A stretch of DNA of 64,000 nt, from assembly GCA_964106915.2 (NCBI GenBank), contig OZ066923.1. One strand, written 5' to 3'. The notes under the pieces were generated by a model. The model was given only the letters and a program-made list of their open reading frames with translations, had not been told where the DNA came from and ran no database searches. Source of the stretch: Podarcis gaigeae. Taxonomy: Eukaryota. Position numbers and translations under genes: made by a program. Below, in pieces: positions 12,056-24,299 of this stretch; within the stretch, counting starts at the first letter, position 1, and each line of letters opens with the position of its first letter.

Positions 12056-15000
12056 GGGGCTAAGAGGCTCCAATCCTCCAGACTCTTGCTGGTGGATTAT
12101 AAGCCTCGGAGGAATTGGGGAAGTAGGACAGCAGCATAGGAGTAACTGGTGGAGAGTAATATTTGGGGGTTTAGTTATTTCCCCATGAGGGCTGAAAGAC
12201 AGAGAAGGGAGCACAAGTTGCTTCCGAAGGCAGTGGACGCTGATCTATTAGGCCAATAGGGCTCTGCCCTACCAACCACAACCAGCTCCCAACTGCCTTA
12301 TTTCTTACAACCAGTCCAGGGGCTGGCCCTGCCTGCTGGTTTCTTCCTTCTAAGTGCCACTGTTGCCCTTCTATGGAGGAGGATTGGGGTTAAACTAGAA
12401 TTAGTTCTGCCTATCATCAGCTCTGGCTCCTCCTACTGTTGGCATCCATGCCTTACGGCCTGCCTATCCCAATAGACACCAGCCCCCCACTGGGGAGCAG
12501 CTGGCCTGTGCACGTGCCGTAACATCTAGCAATCTGTGAGAGAGATTTCATACAATTTTACTGTGTTTTATGTAAACCACTCAGTGGTCTTGTATATTTA
12601 ATAATATATGACTTAGGAAAGCAGAGATACAGAAACTCAAGGCCCTTTGCTATATCATAAAATGGTGCAGAGGTGCCGATCTCTGGTCACATGGACCAGA
12701 AAAAATATATATTTGGGCTGCCCTGCTGGCAGTGAAATGCCAGCAATTTAAAACCTATCTCTGTTGTTATTTTTCCAGATCAATGTGACTGCAAATCTCA
12801 AGATGGCAGTGACATTTTGCTCCCTTTTGCCGATGCTGCTCAGGTGTTAATTCATGCTCAGCTGTGGAATGAAACTGGGGGATGAGGGGGGAAGGGAATG
12901 CCCTGCCCCAAATGTAGCAGTGGCTTCACTGTGTTCTGCGCTGTTGAAGCTGACTGGATTTGTTCCCTCTCCCCAGGCTCAATTTATTGCTGTTATTGCT
13001 CTGTGTCCAAGGAACTGTTGGGGGTATGAGGAAATTCACTCCCGATACAGTTAAAGTGTGGTTTAACAGAGAGACAAAAGGGAGTTTGAACAGAATGAAT
13101 CTCTGTGGCTCCAAGAGCAAATGTTATTTGTGAATGAAACGCAATAAGAAGATGGAAAGCATGCTGTGGATCTTCCTTCCATACATGATACTAATGCAGT
13201 TCTACCTTGAGGAGAGGGAGAGTCCAAGTTTGGATATGCAAAGTGAGCTGGTTGTGGACATGTAACTGCACAGCTGTAACTCACAGTTTTGCATCCTGGA
13301 TAGGCCACATATTTTCCATGTTGGGTAATTTCTAGGTTTTAGTAAGGTTCACTGCACTAGAAGAGAAACCTAGAAAATATATTGAGTGCTAAATATGGGG
13401 TCTATCTATACAGATGCTAAATCTGGCTCCCCCAATCAGGGTTGCACTGTGGTTAAGACTCCTGTCCACCTAGATTTTGTCACATTGTAGACAAGCTGTC
13501 TAATCAGCTGCCTTTATTAGTTTCTAGGGAGTTGGTGAGTTGAGGGGTTCCAGGTTCGAATCTTATCTAGAAGACCTTAGACAAGACAACCAATTTAGGG
13601 CAGAGGGGTAATGCAAAACATCAGGGGGACATATGCAGGACTGGACAAATCCTTGCTATACAGCATGGAAACTTAATAAGACCTAGGAAAACAAATACTC
13701 ATTGCACCATCTGGCATAAATTTATTTCGGCTTTAATCCCAGTTGAGGGAGGTTGTGTTAAAATAGCCTGCTGCTTCCTTCATAGTTGAAAGATGAGAAC
13801 AGGGAATCTGCTGCATAGCTACCTTGAGGGAAACTTGGTGAACAACATTACAGGCAAAGAAAAGCAACGGGAGGAATCAGATTGCCAGTGATGGTTTCAC
13901 TGAAGCAGAGATTCAGTCACTTGCAAACCCCTCAGGAAGGACAGGTGCCATTGGGACAAAGCAATGGGAGCTCTGATACTCACTTCCCAGCAGGAAGCAA
14001 CAAGGAAAGGCGAGTCTCATTCTCTCTCCCCGCTTCACTGGTGCTTGACAGATGGGCTACACAAGTCTTCATTTTGTGTGCAATGGTGTTGCAAGCTTTG
14101 TGTCCAGATTAGAGCACTGCAATTTTCACAAAAGCTACAGTCACAGATTTGTGAAAGAGCCAGGATTGTTAGAGTGTTGGACAAGCTCAACCACCTGCTT
14201 GATTCCAATTCCAAGAGTTCACAGGTTTTACCTACCTGAGAAGGGAGTTGTGATGATAAGAGGATCCTGAGCTCCTTGAAGGGCAGGGAGATAAAAATGG
14301 ATAGATTAAAAACAAACTAGAAAAAGGTGTGTTTTTTGGATATTTGTCACTGTCTCGACTCCCAATGAGTGACACAGACTCTATACGTGTTTGTGTGACA
14401 TTTGCAGTATCTTTGCGTCTCTGAGTTGTCGTCATCGCACAAGAGAATAAATGCCAGCCCAGCTTTTCTCCCTCAGGCCAGTGTGATGCAAATGTCCAAC
14501 AGCATTTTGAGCATTTCTCTGTTTGAAGAACAGCAGCCCCACTGTTAGTTTTATCAAATGCAAACTGCTGTTATTGATGACCAACCAGTTCACCCACTCC
14601 CTGACTATCTGGCAGGTGATTATTTTTTTCTCTGTGCAAACATATCCATGCATTATCTCAGCTATCCTCAAATCTAAACATCATACATTGTCCTTCAAAA
14701 TGTCACAATGACACCTGGTGTTTCTTTAAAATAAATAAATAATGCACCTAAATGTTAAAAATGTTGACACGCAACACAATTAAGATAGTTTTGTATACTC
14801 AGTTAATAACATAAATATTTTAAACAATATTTATGCTTTCTTAAATGTTTTGGATTTCAGCTTTCCAAAAATTTCAAAAGTGATTATTATTATTTTTGTA
14901 TATATTTCAACAATTCCAAAGTCTGAAAGTCAGTAGCACAGGTGTTGTAAAGGTTTGGTGATCTGTCATGGAACAACCCCATTGAAGAAGATAACAGTGG

Positions 15001-15583
15001 TTACTCAGGCTTTGTTGCTGATGCCGAAGGGCCCCCGTAACAGTTCAAGCTTCAGGGTCCCCAAAATGTAGATCTTTCCACTGCAAGTAGTCAGTTCCTA
15101 TGTTGACTAGTGGGAGCTGGGTAGTGGACTTTCTTTCTAGTAAAGGTTCCTTCTTAGGTATTTAGCTGCAGTTACTAAAGATTGGTGCTGTACTAGCCCA
15201 GCTCAGCCCGCTGTATTTCACGCAGTCACTGTCGTTAGTAAAAAGTCTTCCTGTTTCCCCCATATGAGCCACCTAGTAATGTCTTGGCCAGCTGGTTTGA
15301 TTCTAACCATGAACTAACTGCAAGTGGTTTCCCACCTGTTTGTGTGTTTTGACTTTCTAGCAGTAAACAGCCTGTCAGACTGATAGCTACATAATCTGAC
15401 CATTGGCTGAAGGGTGGCCATATTCATGCTTCTAGGGCATCCTCATACACTGAGTCTCCCACACCACCTAGTGGCTGCCAGTAATCTTCGTTTTTGGGTC
15501 AACATCTTTCCGCTTCTTTTTTCCACACCTCATTTGTTTCCTTCACCTGATTTTCTCACTCAGCCTCTTTTTCCCCATCTCAG

Positions 15584-15701
15584 CTCACAAGCACAAGAAG
15601 CACGACATGCTACAGCCATGTGACACAGAATACCCAGTGTTTGTATATGAACCTGCCATCAAAGAGACCAATGGGATTATTGAATGCGGAGACTGTCAGA
15701 A
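15584..15701 (+). CDS. CACNA2D4: CACNA2D4 coding exon: [38 protein letters not shown](K)
   Basis: ccccatctcag| ... |gtaaga. 118 nt, phase 1 to 2. Matches human [39 protein letters not shown]. Confidence 0.96.
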
Positions 15702-16104
15702 GTAAGAAATGTGCTCTCTTTCTTCCTTTTCTCCTACCTGTGCCTCTCAATTGTCTCTGGTTAGTCTGATCTCCAAGCAAACTAACTGTCCCTTGTTATC
15801 CTTGCAATGCCTCTTATTTTCCACAATTTATTCTGAATTGCCTGCAACTATGAACTATTCCAACCTCAATTCAAGTGTCCGTTAGTAACAATAGTAGTGA
15901 CAATTGCTTAGGACCCAGGTCCCTCACAGACCACTTCCTTCTGCATGAACCTGCCAGGTACCAAGGTCTGCCTTGAACACACTCTTTGCCTAGTGCACGG
16001 GTGGAGGACCTCAGACCCAGAACCACATTTTGCCCTCCAAGTCTCTCTGTCTGGTCCTTAGAACTCTCCTCAGCCACACTCTTCACCGGAAACCAGGCCT
16101 TGTG

Positions 16105-16863
16105 AGGGTCTGGAAACCAACCTTATGAGGAATGTTTGAGGGAGCTGGGTATGTTTAGCCTGGGGAAAAGGAGACTGAGAGAAGAGATGATAGCCATCTT
16201 CAAATATCTAAAGGGATATTGGAAGTTGGAGCAAACCTGTTTGCTCTGGAGGGTAGAACCCAAACCAATGGATCAAATTACAAGAGATTCCATCTAAATA
16301 TCAGGAAGAACTTTCTGGCAGTAAGAGCTGCTTGACAGTAGAATGGACTCCTTTGGAAGGTGGTGAACTCTCCTTCCTCAGAGGTTTTTAAACAGAGGAC
16401 ACGGGTGACGCTGTGGTGTAAACCACTGAGCCTTGGGCTTGCCGATCAGAAGGTTGGTGGTTCGAATCCCCACGATGGGGTGAGCTCCCATTGTTCGGTC
16501 CCAGCTACTGCCAACCTAGCAGTTCGAAAGCACGTCAGAGTGCAAGTAGATAAATAGGAACCGCTCTGGCGGGAAGGTAAACGGTGTTTCCATGCGCTGC
16601 TCTGGTTTCCCCAGAAGCTGCTTAGTCATGCTGGCCACATGACCCGGAAAAACTATCTGCAAACAAATGTCGGCTCCCTCGGCCAGTAAAGCGAGATGAG
16701 CGCCACAACCAGCACCCAACTGGACTTAACTGTCAGGTGTCCTTTACCTTTATCTAGATGATCATCTGCCATGGATGCTTTAGCTGAGATTCCTGCATTG
16801 CAGGGGGTTGGACTAGATGACCCTTGAGGTCCCTTCCAACTCTACAATTCTGTGGTTCTGTGA
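16105..16863 (+). mobile_element. CR1 LINE 3' fragment interrupted by a Sauria SINE
   Basis: Decayed ORF2 C-terminus (ELGMFSLGKRRLR), CR1 3'UTR ggactagatgacccttgaggtcccttccaactctac and an attctgtg-type tail. Confidence 0.88.
16397..16752 (+). mobile_element. Full-length Sauria SINE nested in CR1
   Basis: tRNA-like head (ggacacgggtgacgctgtgg...ggttcgaatccc), core gcagttcgaaagcacgtcagagtgcaagtagataaatagg and cctttaccttta tail. Confidence 0.9.
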
Positions 16864-17343
16864 ATTCCCTTTAGAAAGATAGGCAAAACTGAACATGATC
16901 ATGTTTTTCTGTTTTTTTCTTTATAGGTTAGGGCATTTGCTTCAGTGTAGAACATTCCTGTTCCAAATAATTTATATCCATAAGGGCCCACAGATAAGTT
17001 AATTCTGTTCAACATCCATTTCTTTTCAAGGCAATCTTCTTTTCAAACAAAGCTCTCCATAGAGTGTTTTCCCATGTGAGATTGCCCCTCATTTAGAGAA
17101 CTTACATCACTCATTCTAAACTGCATGCAAGGGCTGAGAGGCATGTTTACCTGTAAGAACTCTACTTTGCCAACATTAAACAACTCAGTGTGCCTAAACA
17201 CTGAATACTGGCACCAGAATATCTGAGCATTTGATGCTGTTTCCAAAAAACAGATAGACTCAAGTCTGGCTATAGTGAGTTTGAGAACTGTCAGCCCTGC
17301 CTTAGGCATTATCTTTTCTCCTCTCTCATTTATACTGTCAAGC

Positions 17344-17481
17344 AGTGCTATTTTTCTAGAAAAAGAGGTGCCAGAACTCACCATGAATTCCTCCCTTGTT
17401 CTCTTATAATGGCAAGGGTACCCACTTGAGCAGTGCTGAAACTGAGTTCTGGTGAGTTCCAGCTGAAAAAAGCCCTTCTGT
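17344..17481. mobile_element. Short non-autonomous DNA transposon (hAT-like); second copy at ~19486-19606
   Basis: Both copies start CAGTGCTATTTTT(c/t)TAGAAAAAGA...GAACTCACC, end ...GTTCCA.CTG.AAAAAA.CC.(T)CTG and share internal sequence. Confidence 0.6.
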
Positions 17482-19133
17482 CAGGGCATTGGTTGCAGGT
17501 ACACCATACTAGGAGCAAATTAGATTTGAATACTTTGTCTTGTGCAAATAAGCTCAGCCTTGCTCTTAGCAACACATGTCTCTCCTGTGTAGCTACTAAT
17601 ACCAGATAGTTTCTGAAGCAATTCCTATGATGGTTGGTATAAGCATAATGGTTAAATCACATGGGAAAAATTCTTAGCTCAGCATGAACTCAGCAAGTGA
17701 TCTCCAGAAAATTGTTCTCTCTCTCTCCCTCCCCTCCTGCCCCATAACTTACATAATTATTGTAAGGAAGCTAAGGACTAATTCAGACATTAGTATTTTC
17801 ATGTAATGTTCACAGCTCTAATATCTAAAAGCTTCTTTTTGCAGCATTCCACACTAACACCATTGGGAATAATGGTCTGGGAGTTGGATATTTCATTCAC
17901 TTGGGTGGTTGAAGCAGGTAGAAAGCTTCCAGATCAGGGGTTCCTGAAATGTGGTCTGTGGACCACAAGTGGTTCTCAAGGTGTCTGTGAATTTGTGGCT
18001 GAAGATGGGAAATCATACATCCTTTGCATTTAATTTTGTGTCAATTTTTAATTGCATTGTTATCACTTCCTTTATTTTCTTAATATTGTATTTTATTGTA
18101 TTACAAATTGAATTCTGTAGAATTACACCTGCTACAGCAGGTAGAAATATCATTAAGTGGTTCCCTGAGACCCTCAGCAAATTTCAAGTGGACTGGGGGG
18201 TGGAGTTTGAGAACTACTGTTCTAGATGTTGCCACTTCTGTAGGGAGTGTTGCTGAAGGAAAAGCTTATCACTCAAATGTAACATTTGGACCAGCCCTAA
18301 GATTATGCCCATGAAGCATGTATTTATTATTATTATTATGCAGCTTTTAAATGATTCCATTAACTCAGACATGGTACCCAACTGGGTCCAGCTGGCAGGA
18401 TTCTGTTTGCAGTGATGGCCATTTGAATAAAGCCTCCACACGCCCACAGGAGATGATCTAAGAACTAAAACTCAGGTGCAAAATATTATTAAGATGGAAC
18501 TTTTCGCTTTTAGCTAAGTACACACCACTCATAGTCTCCCAGCAGAGGGCAGTAGAGGACTATTGGTTTTTCTGGCTGTAGGCATGCTTAGGATGCATTT
18601 TCCATTTTACTTGAACATGAACACTTTATGTTGTCATAAAATAATATTAACTATGAAAATGACACATATACAATAAATGAGAATTCAAGCTCGCGGTCCA
18701 AATGCTGCACCGTATTCATAGCTAGAGAAGGGAGCAGACACAGAATGTTGTAGCCTCAGTGTCATGTGAGCAGAGTCTGTCCAAGTCACTAGCTGATCCC
18801 TCAGTATTGGGCCACTTGCATGAAAGTCAGGACACATGGGACTTTATAGTCATTCTTTGAATGTGGCTCCCATGCATAGCTGTATAGGGTTTAATACATA
18901 CACTTTAATACACAGGTCAGTCCTGTACATACATTTACACTGGCTTGAACACACACTCTGAATCTGCAATCCTGCCTTGGCACACATAACTGTGGTGTAC
19001 TTAAGTCAATGTGCTTCAACACATACATAATTAGTTCTTCTGCAGGCCCTTCCATGCGTGAGCACTATGCTTATAATGCAGAGTACATTGAAGATGAACA
19101 CTCAAAAACCTACAACCTCTGAATTGTGCATGG

Positions 19134-19135
<2 letters not shown>

Positions 19136-19174
<39 letters not shown>
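19136..19174. repeat. (CA)n microsatellite
   Basis: Direct read of the sequence. Confidence 0.95.
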
Positions 19175-19176
<2 letters not shown>

Positions 19177-19688
19177 GTATGTAGATGCTACATTCCCATC
19201 CAGAGTCAAGTATCATATCAATCCATTTACACAAGAGCTGCACTACAGTATTAACACAAGGATTTGTCCTGCTTTATAACCCACACCTCAAGTTTCTCAA
19301 CCATTCTGCCTCCAATGCAATAAAATTGTATTTGTGTAATTGAAAGTGGCAGTCTTCAACTCAGTTCTGAATATTCCCTAATAGTATTCCCATTTATTAA
19401 CTAAATATATTTTCCTCTACCCCCCTCTTGCTGTTTCCTATTGCTTGAACCATGTGCTTGCTTGTGGTGGTGGGAAGGGAAGGGCAGTGCTATTTTTTTT
19501 TTTAGAAAAAGAAGAGTTGGAACTCACCTCCCTTGTTATCTCAGAATGGCAATGGCACCCACCTGAGAAGTGCCGGAACTGAGTTCCAACTGGAAAAAAA
19601 CCTCTGAGGAAGGGGCAAGGGGAGTATTCTATAACCTTCTGTTCTGACCATAGTCTCTTGGGGTGGGGGTATCTTCTCGCCCTTACAG

Positions 19689-19801
19689 GATGTTTGTGGT
19701 GCAGCAAATTACCAACAGCAATCTCCTGCTCCTGGTTGTGGATGCTGTATGTGACTGCAGCAACTTTCCACCTGTCCTACTGCAACCTAAAGAAGTGAAA
19801 T
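19689..19801 (+). CDS. CACNA2D4: CACNA2D4 coding exon: [37 protein letters not shown](Y)
   Basis: ccttacag| acceptor; ends at the U12-type donor |ATATCTTT. 113 nt, phase 2 to 1. Matches human [38 protein letters not shown]. Confidence 0.95.
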
Positions 19802-21614
19802 ATATCTTTCTGCTAGTAGACGTTGTACTGGGCTGTACAGTTCTTGTGGTTTATAGTTTTCCAACAGTGAATTGATGCAGAGGGTTTGCTTTAGTAGTTC
19901 TTTGGGGTGGGAAGAATTTGGCATACGTTCTAGTGGAAAGCATGGCAAAAGCAATGGCAAGTTAATGTGCTGCTAATTATGATTGCGTACTGTTGTTTGG
20001 TAAGTGCTATATGGATTGATTGTGTGCATTTTTCTAGATACCTCCTCAATTGCTGGAAAGGAGGTAGAAAGAAAAAGCACAGGGGTACCAGGCATAAGAT
20101 GGAAAGAGAAATCAGACTTGCTATTTAGTTTTTAAACTCTCTTTAGAACCTGAAAATAGTCTTCACTCTGAAGTATGCCCCCCCCCCCAGTTCTGTGTAG
20201 ATGAAGATGCTGTTGGTTTCATTAGCATTTGCAAAATAGAAGCCTAATTAAGGAAGGAGTCCTAGGTCAATGGTGGACCATGTGCTTTGTGTACCATAAT
20301 ACATTAATACTGTGTGAGATGGACCAATGGACTTATTTGCTGTAAGCCAGTGAACGGTACAGAAAGATGTTGTGCATTGCAGCTCCAAAATGCCAGGGTG
20401 AAACTGCTTTTTACGGGAGCTACTTCTTCCCATGTGGGCACGTGTTTTCTTTTTACAGTTGAAGGGACTCTTGTTCTGGAACAGAACCATGGCATAGATG
20501 CACAGGACACCAACAGGCTTCAGGGATATTTACATTGGGGCAGTGGTGTGTATGTTTGTGGGGGAAAGAGTGGTTATTTAAAAAACTTGCAAGGAAGAAC
20601 TTCTTTTAAAGGCATACACATGAAACTATGAAGACACATTTAATATAACAGTAAGTTTCTCCTTCAGTAGACAAATTTTAGCTCTGCAGCAACAGTGCTG
20701 GAAAAAAAATGTAGATTGTAGCCCTAATTTTGCTCAAGGTGGTTGTGACTAACTTATGTCCCATTGTTTCCAGTAGGTCTTACCCCTCGCTAACTGCTCC
20801 TGGAGTGGAGCTCGCTCATTAAGTGTGATCACTAGCCTTGAAAGCTGCTGCTTGGTTCTGCAGCCACCCATGATGGCTCCATTCCAACTAAAATCATGTT
20901 GAAATCAAGTTGGCCCAAGTTAAAATGAAGTTTCAATAGAATTTAAGCAGTGTTCAGATTAAACTATGCTCAAAAATCCTAGCTGATGTTAATTGAGCCC
21001 ACCTACTTACCAGGTGTAGGGACGTGGGTGGCACTGTGGGTTAAACCACAGAGCCCAGGACTTGCAGATCAGAAGGTCGGCGGTTCGAATCAACCACAAT
21101 GGGGTGAGCTCCCATTGTTCGGTCCCTGCTCCTCCCAACCTAGCAGTTTGAAAGCACGTCAAAGTGCAAGTAGATATATAGGTACCACTCTGGCGGGAAG
21201 GTAACCGGCGTTTCCGTGTGCTGCTCTGGTTAGTCATGCTGGCCACATGACCCGGAAGCTGTACGCTGGCTCCCTCGGCCATTAAAGCAAGATGAGCACC
21301 GCAACCCCAGAATCTGCCACAGCTGGACCTTATGGTCAAGGATACCTTTACTTACCAGGTGTAGCATAAGTATTTTGAGAAATGTCCTGCCTGTGACAGC
21401 ACCCTTTATGCTAGAATGAGTGCATGGCATTCCATGTGAGTAGAGGCCTTGCAGTAGCTTCATAATCAAGGGCACCTCTATGGGAATACATCTTATGACT
21501 TGTACAGCCTAGTTGTAAACTGGAATTCTGGGACAACACAGCTCCTCCATAAATGGGATTGTTTCTGATTTTCACCATTTCCCCAAACTGCTATTAACCT
21601 TAACAGCACTGCAC
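19802..21614 (+). other. CACNA2D4: U12-type (minor spliceosome) AT-AC intron of CACNA2D4
   Basis: The 5' end is ATATCTTTC (consensus RTATCCTTT). The branch site CCTTAAC lies at 21598-21604, 10 nt before the end of the intron, which terminates in AC (21613-21614). There is no polypyrimidine tract. Splicing T|AT rebuilds the Tyr of EVKY-NASVKC. Confidence 0.92.
21020..21348 (+). mobile_element. Full-length Sauria SINE with 16-bp TSD, inside the U12 intron
   Basis: TSD TACTTACCAGGTGTAG at 21004-21019 and 21349-21364. Typical head, core and tail. Confidence 0.92.
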
Positions 21615-21697
21615 ATAATGCGTCAGTGAAATGTGACAGGATGCGCTCCCAGAAGCTGAGGCGGCGACCAGATACCTGCCATGCATTCCATCCTGAG
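21615..21697 (+). CDS. CACNA2D4: CACNA2D4 penultimate coding exon: [27 protein letters not shown]
   Basis: Near-identical to human [29 protein letters not shown] acceptor, |gtaagg donor. 83 nt, phase 1 to 0. Confidence 0.96.
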
Positions 21698-22192
21698 GTA
21701 AGGCGGGTTGAGGAATTGTTGCATTTGACAAAGTAAGCTCTGCCCCACAGCAGCCATGATAATGTGCTGGCCTAAATAAAATAGGCTGGGTTTTGAAATG
21801 TCAGTCCATAGATTCATTTTTAACCACCACAAGGCTGCCTCACTTGTTTGCCTATGTGGAGGCCCTAAAAATAGGGCACAGTGCCCCCACCTGTCCATCA
21901 GTGTGTGTTTGATGTGATGTATGCAGCAAGCCTGTGCACACGTTATACATATAGCCAAGTGCATTGGGTTCCCTGCCATATGGTAGGCACTCATGAGCAC
22001 GCACATTCTGCACGGACACAGTTTATCCTGCCAGCCCTATGAATGGATCCATTGTTATCGGGAGGTGGATTTGGCCATCCCCACTGCAAAAAAAGTTTCA
22101 ATCATTTGGCCCAAGTTAAAATGAAGCTAGGCTTTAATTTTTGCTGCCCTCTAAATTCTACTTGCTGACCACATACTTGCTTTGTTTTTCAG

Positions 22193-22288
22193 GAAAACGC
22201 CCAGGACTGTGGAGGAGCGGCAGAGATTTCTGCCTCATTAGCCCTGCTCTTCCTTCCTCTGGGAACCACAGCTCTTCTCTTGCGGTGA
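22193..22288 (+). CDS. CACNA2D4: CACNA2D4 last coding exon: ENAQDCGGAAEISASLALLFLPLGTTALLLR* (GPI-anchor-signal-like tail)
   Basis: tttgtttttcag| acceptor and TGA at 22286-22288. A CGGA omega-site-like motif followed by a hydrophobic tail is typical of alpha2delta subunits. Confidence 0.95.
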   Translation, partial: ENAQDCGGAAEISASLALLFLPLGTTALLLR

Positions 22289-24293
22289 CAAGGCCCTTAT
22301 TTTGGACCAGAAAGGCAAATGCTCTATTTTGAGGACCATGCTACTTGGGCACTTAAGACAACTGCTGCATGCCAGAGCATGTGGACAATGCCACAGAGGC
22401 TCAGGAACCTCTTCAGCTGCATCCTCCCAAGGAACTTGCTAGCTGTGTTGTGTTTGGAATTGGGGCTTCCTTTCTTCAAGGAGCTTGCAACTGAGGGTGG
22501 GGCACCTATGGCTATGGACCAACAGGCTCACCAAGCTGTGTGATCTGAAAGCTAACCCTCCCTGCCTTAGCAGCATGGAAAAGTTTACACTGGTGGGGGA
22601 AAGGCCTGGAACAGTGGATAGCATTTGCCAAATGGATGGACAATGTATAACTTACCCTAGCTGCAAAATGGGAACAGTCAGTACTATCTGCTAAAGAGAC
22701 GCATCTCATAATCCCCTTTTAACTTAACAGACACCTGGGCAGTTCTGCAAGAGAGGCAGGAATATCACCTTCTTAAAGAACATAATGGTCATCAACAGAG
22801 ATTCATTTCTATTGTCAAGGAACTGGAGAACAATATTGGCAAGCCAGGCTTTGGCAGGGATTCCTGTATCCGGCAAGGAGTTCCTGCAACTCTGCCTACT
22901 GCAGAAATTTAAGCTCTTCTAAGGCTACACAGAGAGCTTTCATCTAAAATAGCTGATTCAGACAATGATTAGATTTATCAGCTTAATGTGAAAATAGCTC
23001 CATGTATTCTATTTCAAGAGGCATGATGCATTATGGGGAGTGGTTGCAGGTTGAGAATTTCATCTGAAAACTTGGATGGCTACTACCAACCAGTGTAGAC
23101 AGTACTGAGCTAAAAGGAATAATGTTTCTACCTATGTTTCTGTGTTATTAAGGCAAACAAACTCTAGCCTTAGAAATATTCCTTCTGTCCACACCTCTCA
23201 AGTTCCCTCAGCTTCACATCGCTGGACAAGGAGTTTAGCCATAACTCCCTTGCATAGGTTACAAAATTACATAGGTTACAAAATTAAACATGGCGAGGCT
23301 AAGTGTGCACATTAGCTTTGTTAGACACAAATGTTTAAAAGCAGACACTTTTGGGAAGTCTACAGATGCACAGGAAATATGACTGTCACCTTCCAGTTCC
23401 TACTGTATGCTGCAATATTATTTTGCCAGACATGCTGACGGCTTCATGGATGCAGCAGCTGTATAATACAATCTTTATCCGTTTTCAGGGAAGAAAGTAA
23501 CCCCTCAGAGCTGTGCTAATACAATGTGAAATTTCTCTCAACTTTTGAAAGCCATTTTGCCTTATGAACGAAACTATGGGCAAAATTTTCACCACACCAA
23601 GTTTTTGTTTCTAGATCCCAGTAGTTTATGTGCCAGGCGTGGGCTGATGGTTGGATAGCCAAGACCTGAAGACCTCAGAAATGGAGAAAGCAAGCAAAGG
23701 AAGGAAGCCATATTACACGACTGCTGGTATGTATTTCCTTGACATGACTAGCATTTCAATAAGAAAGTCCTACTTTCAAATCCCTAAGGGAGATTTGTGA
23801 CAGTACAGAAGTTGTTGAACTTTTGCTTTTGTTTTTGTAAAATGTGTTTGACATTTGGCCTCTTTTTAAAATATGACATTTTCATTATATTTTTGTTTCA
23901 TGTCTTTCTTGGTTGTTATACACAATATGCCACAAAATCCCATCACAGATCATACTGGAATTATGCTGAAATGGACCCACACTTATTTCATTCACAAGTA
24001 AATGTGCTTAGATGTAAGAGCTTCACATTGTCAAACTGACCTTAATATATGAGCACAGGGTGTGTTGAGGAAAAAGTGTAAAAAAAAACAACCCCAAACA
24101 TCAGGAAGGGTTATGGTTCTCTACTCTTGGTTCAAAAACATGGAAGAACAGCTTTCACCATTAAATGTAACACAAACCAATTTCTATATTTCCAGGCCAC
24201 ATTCCCATCCATACTTTTCTATACATCTATCCAGTTCTTATATGATCATGAATGAGACCAAAAAGACAACACCCATCAAATTGCATTGCTCTT

Positions 24294-24299
24294 TTTATT
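24294..24299 (-). terminator. ADIPOR2: Probable ADIPOR2 polyadenylation signal AATAAA
   Basis: tttatt on the + strand. On the - strand it is followed by CA dinucleotides and a GU/U-rich element (gggtgttgtctttttggtctc). Implies a 3'UTR of about 2.4 kb. Confidence 0.7.

Noticed and set aside
1-22288. Nested LRTM2 gene, known inside a CACNA2D4 intron in mammals
   Set aside because: No leucine-rich-repeat ORF is seen. It would be expected in an intron upstream of this window.
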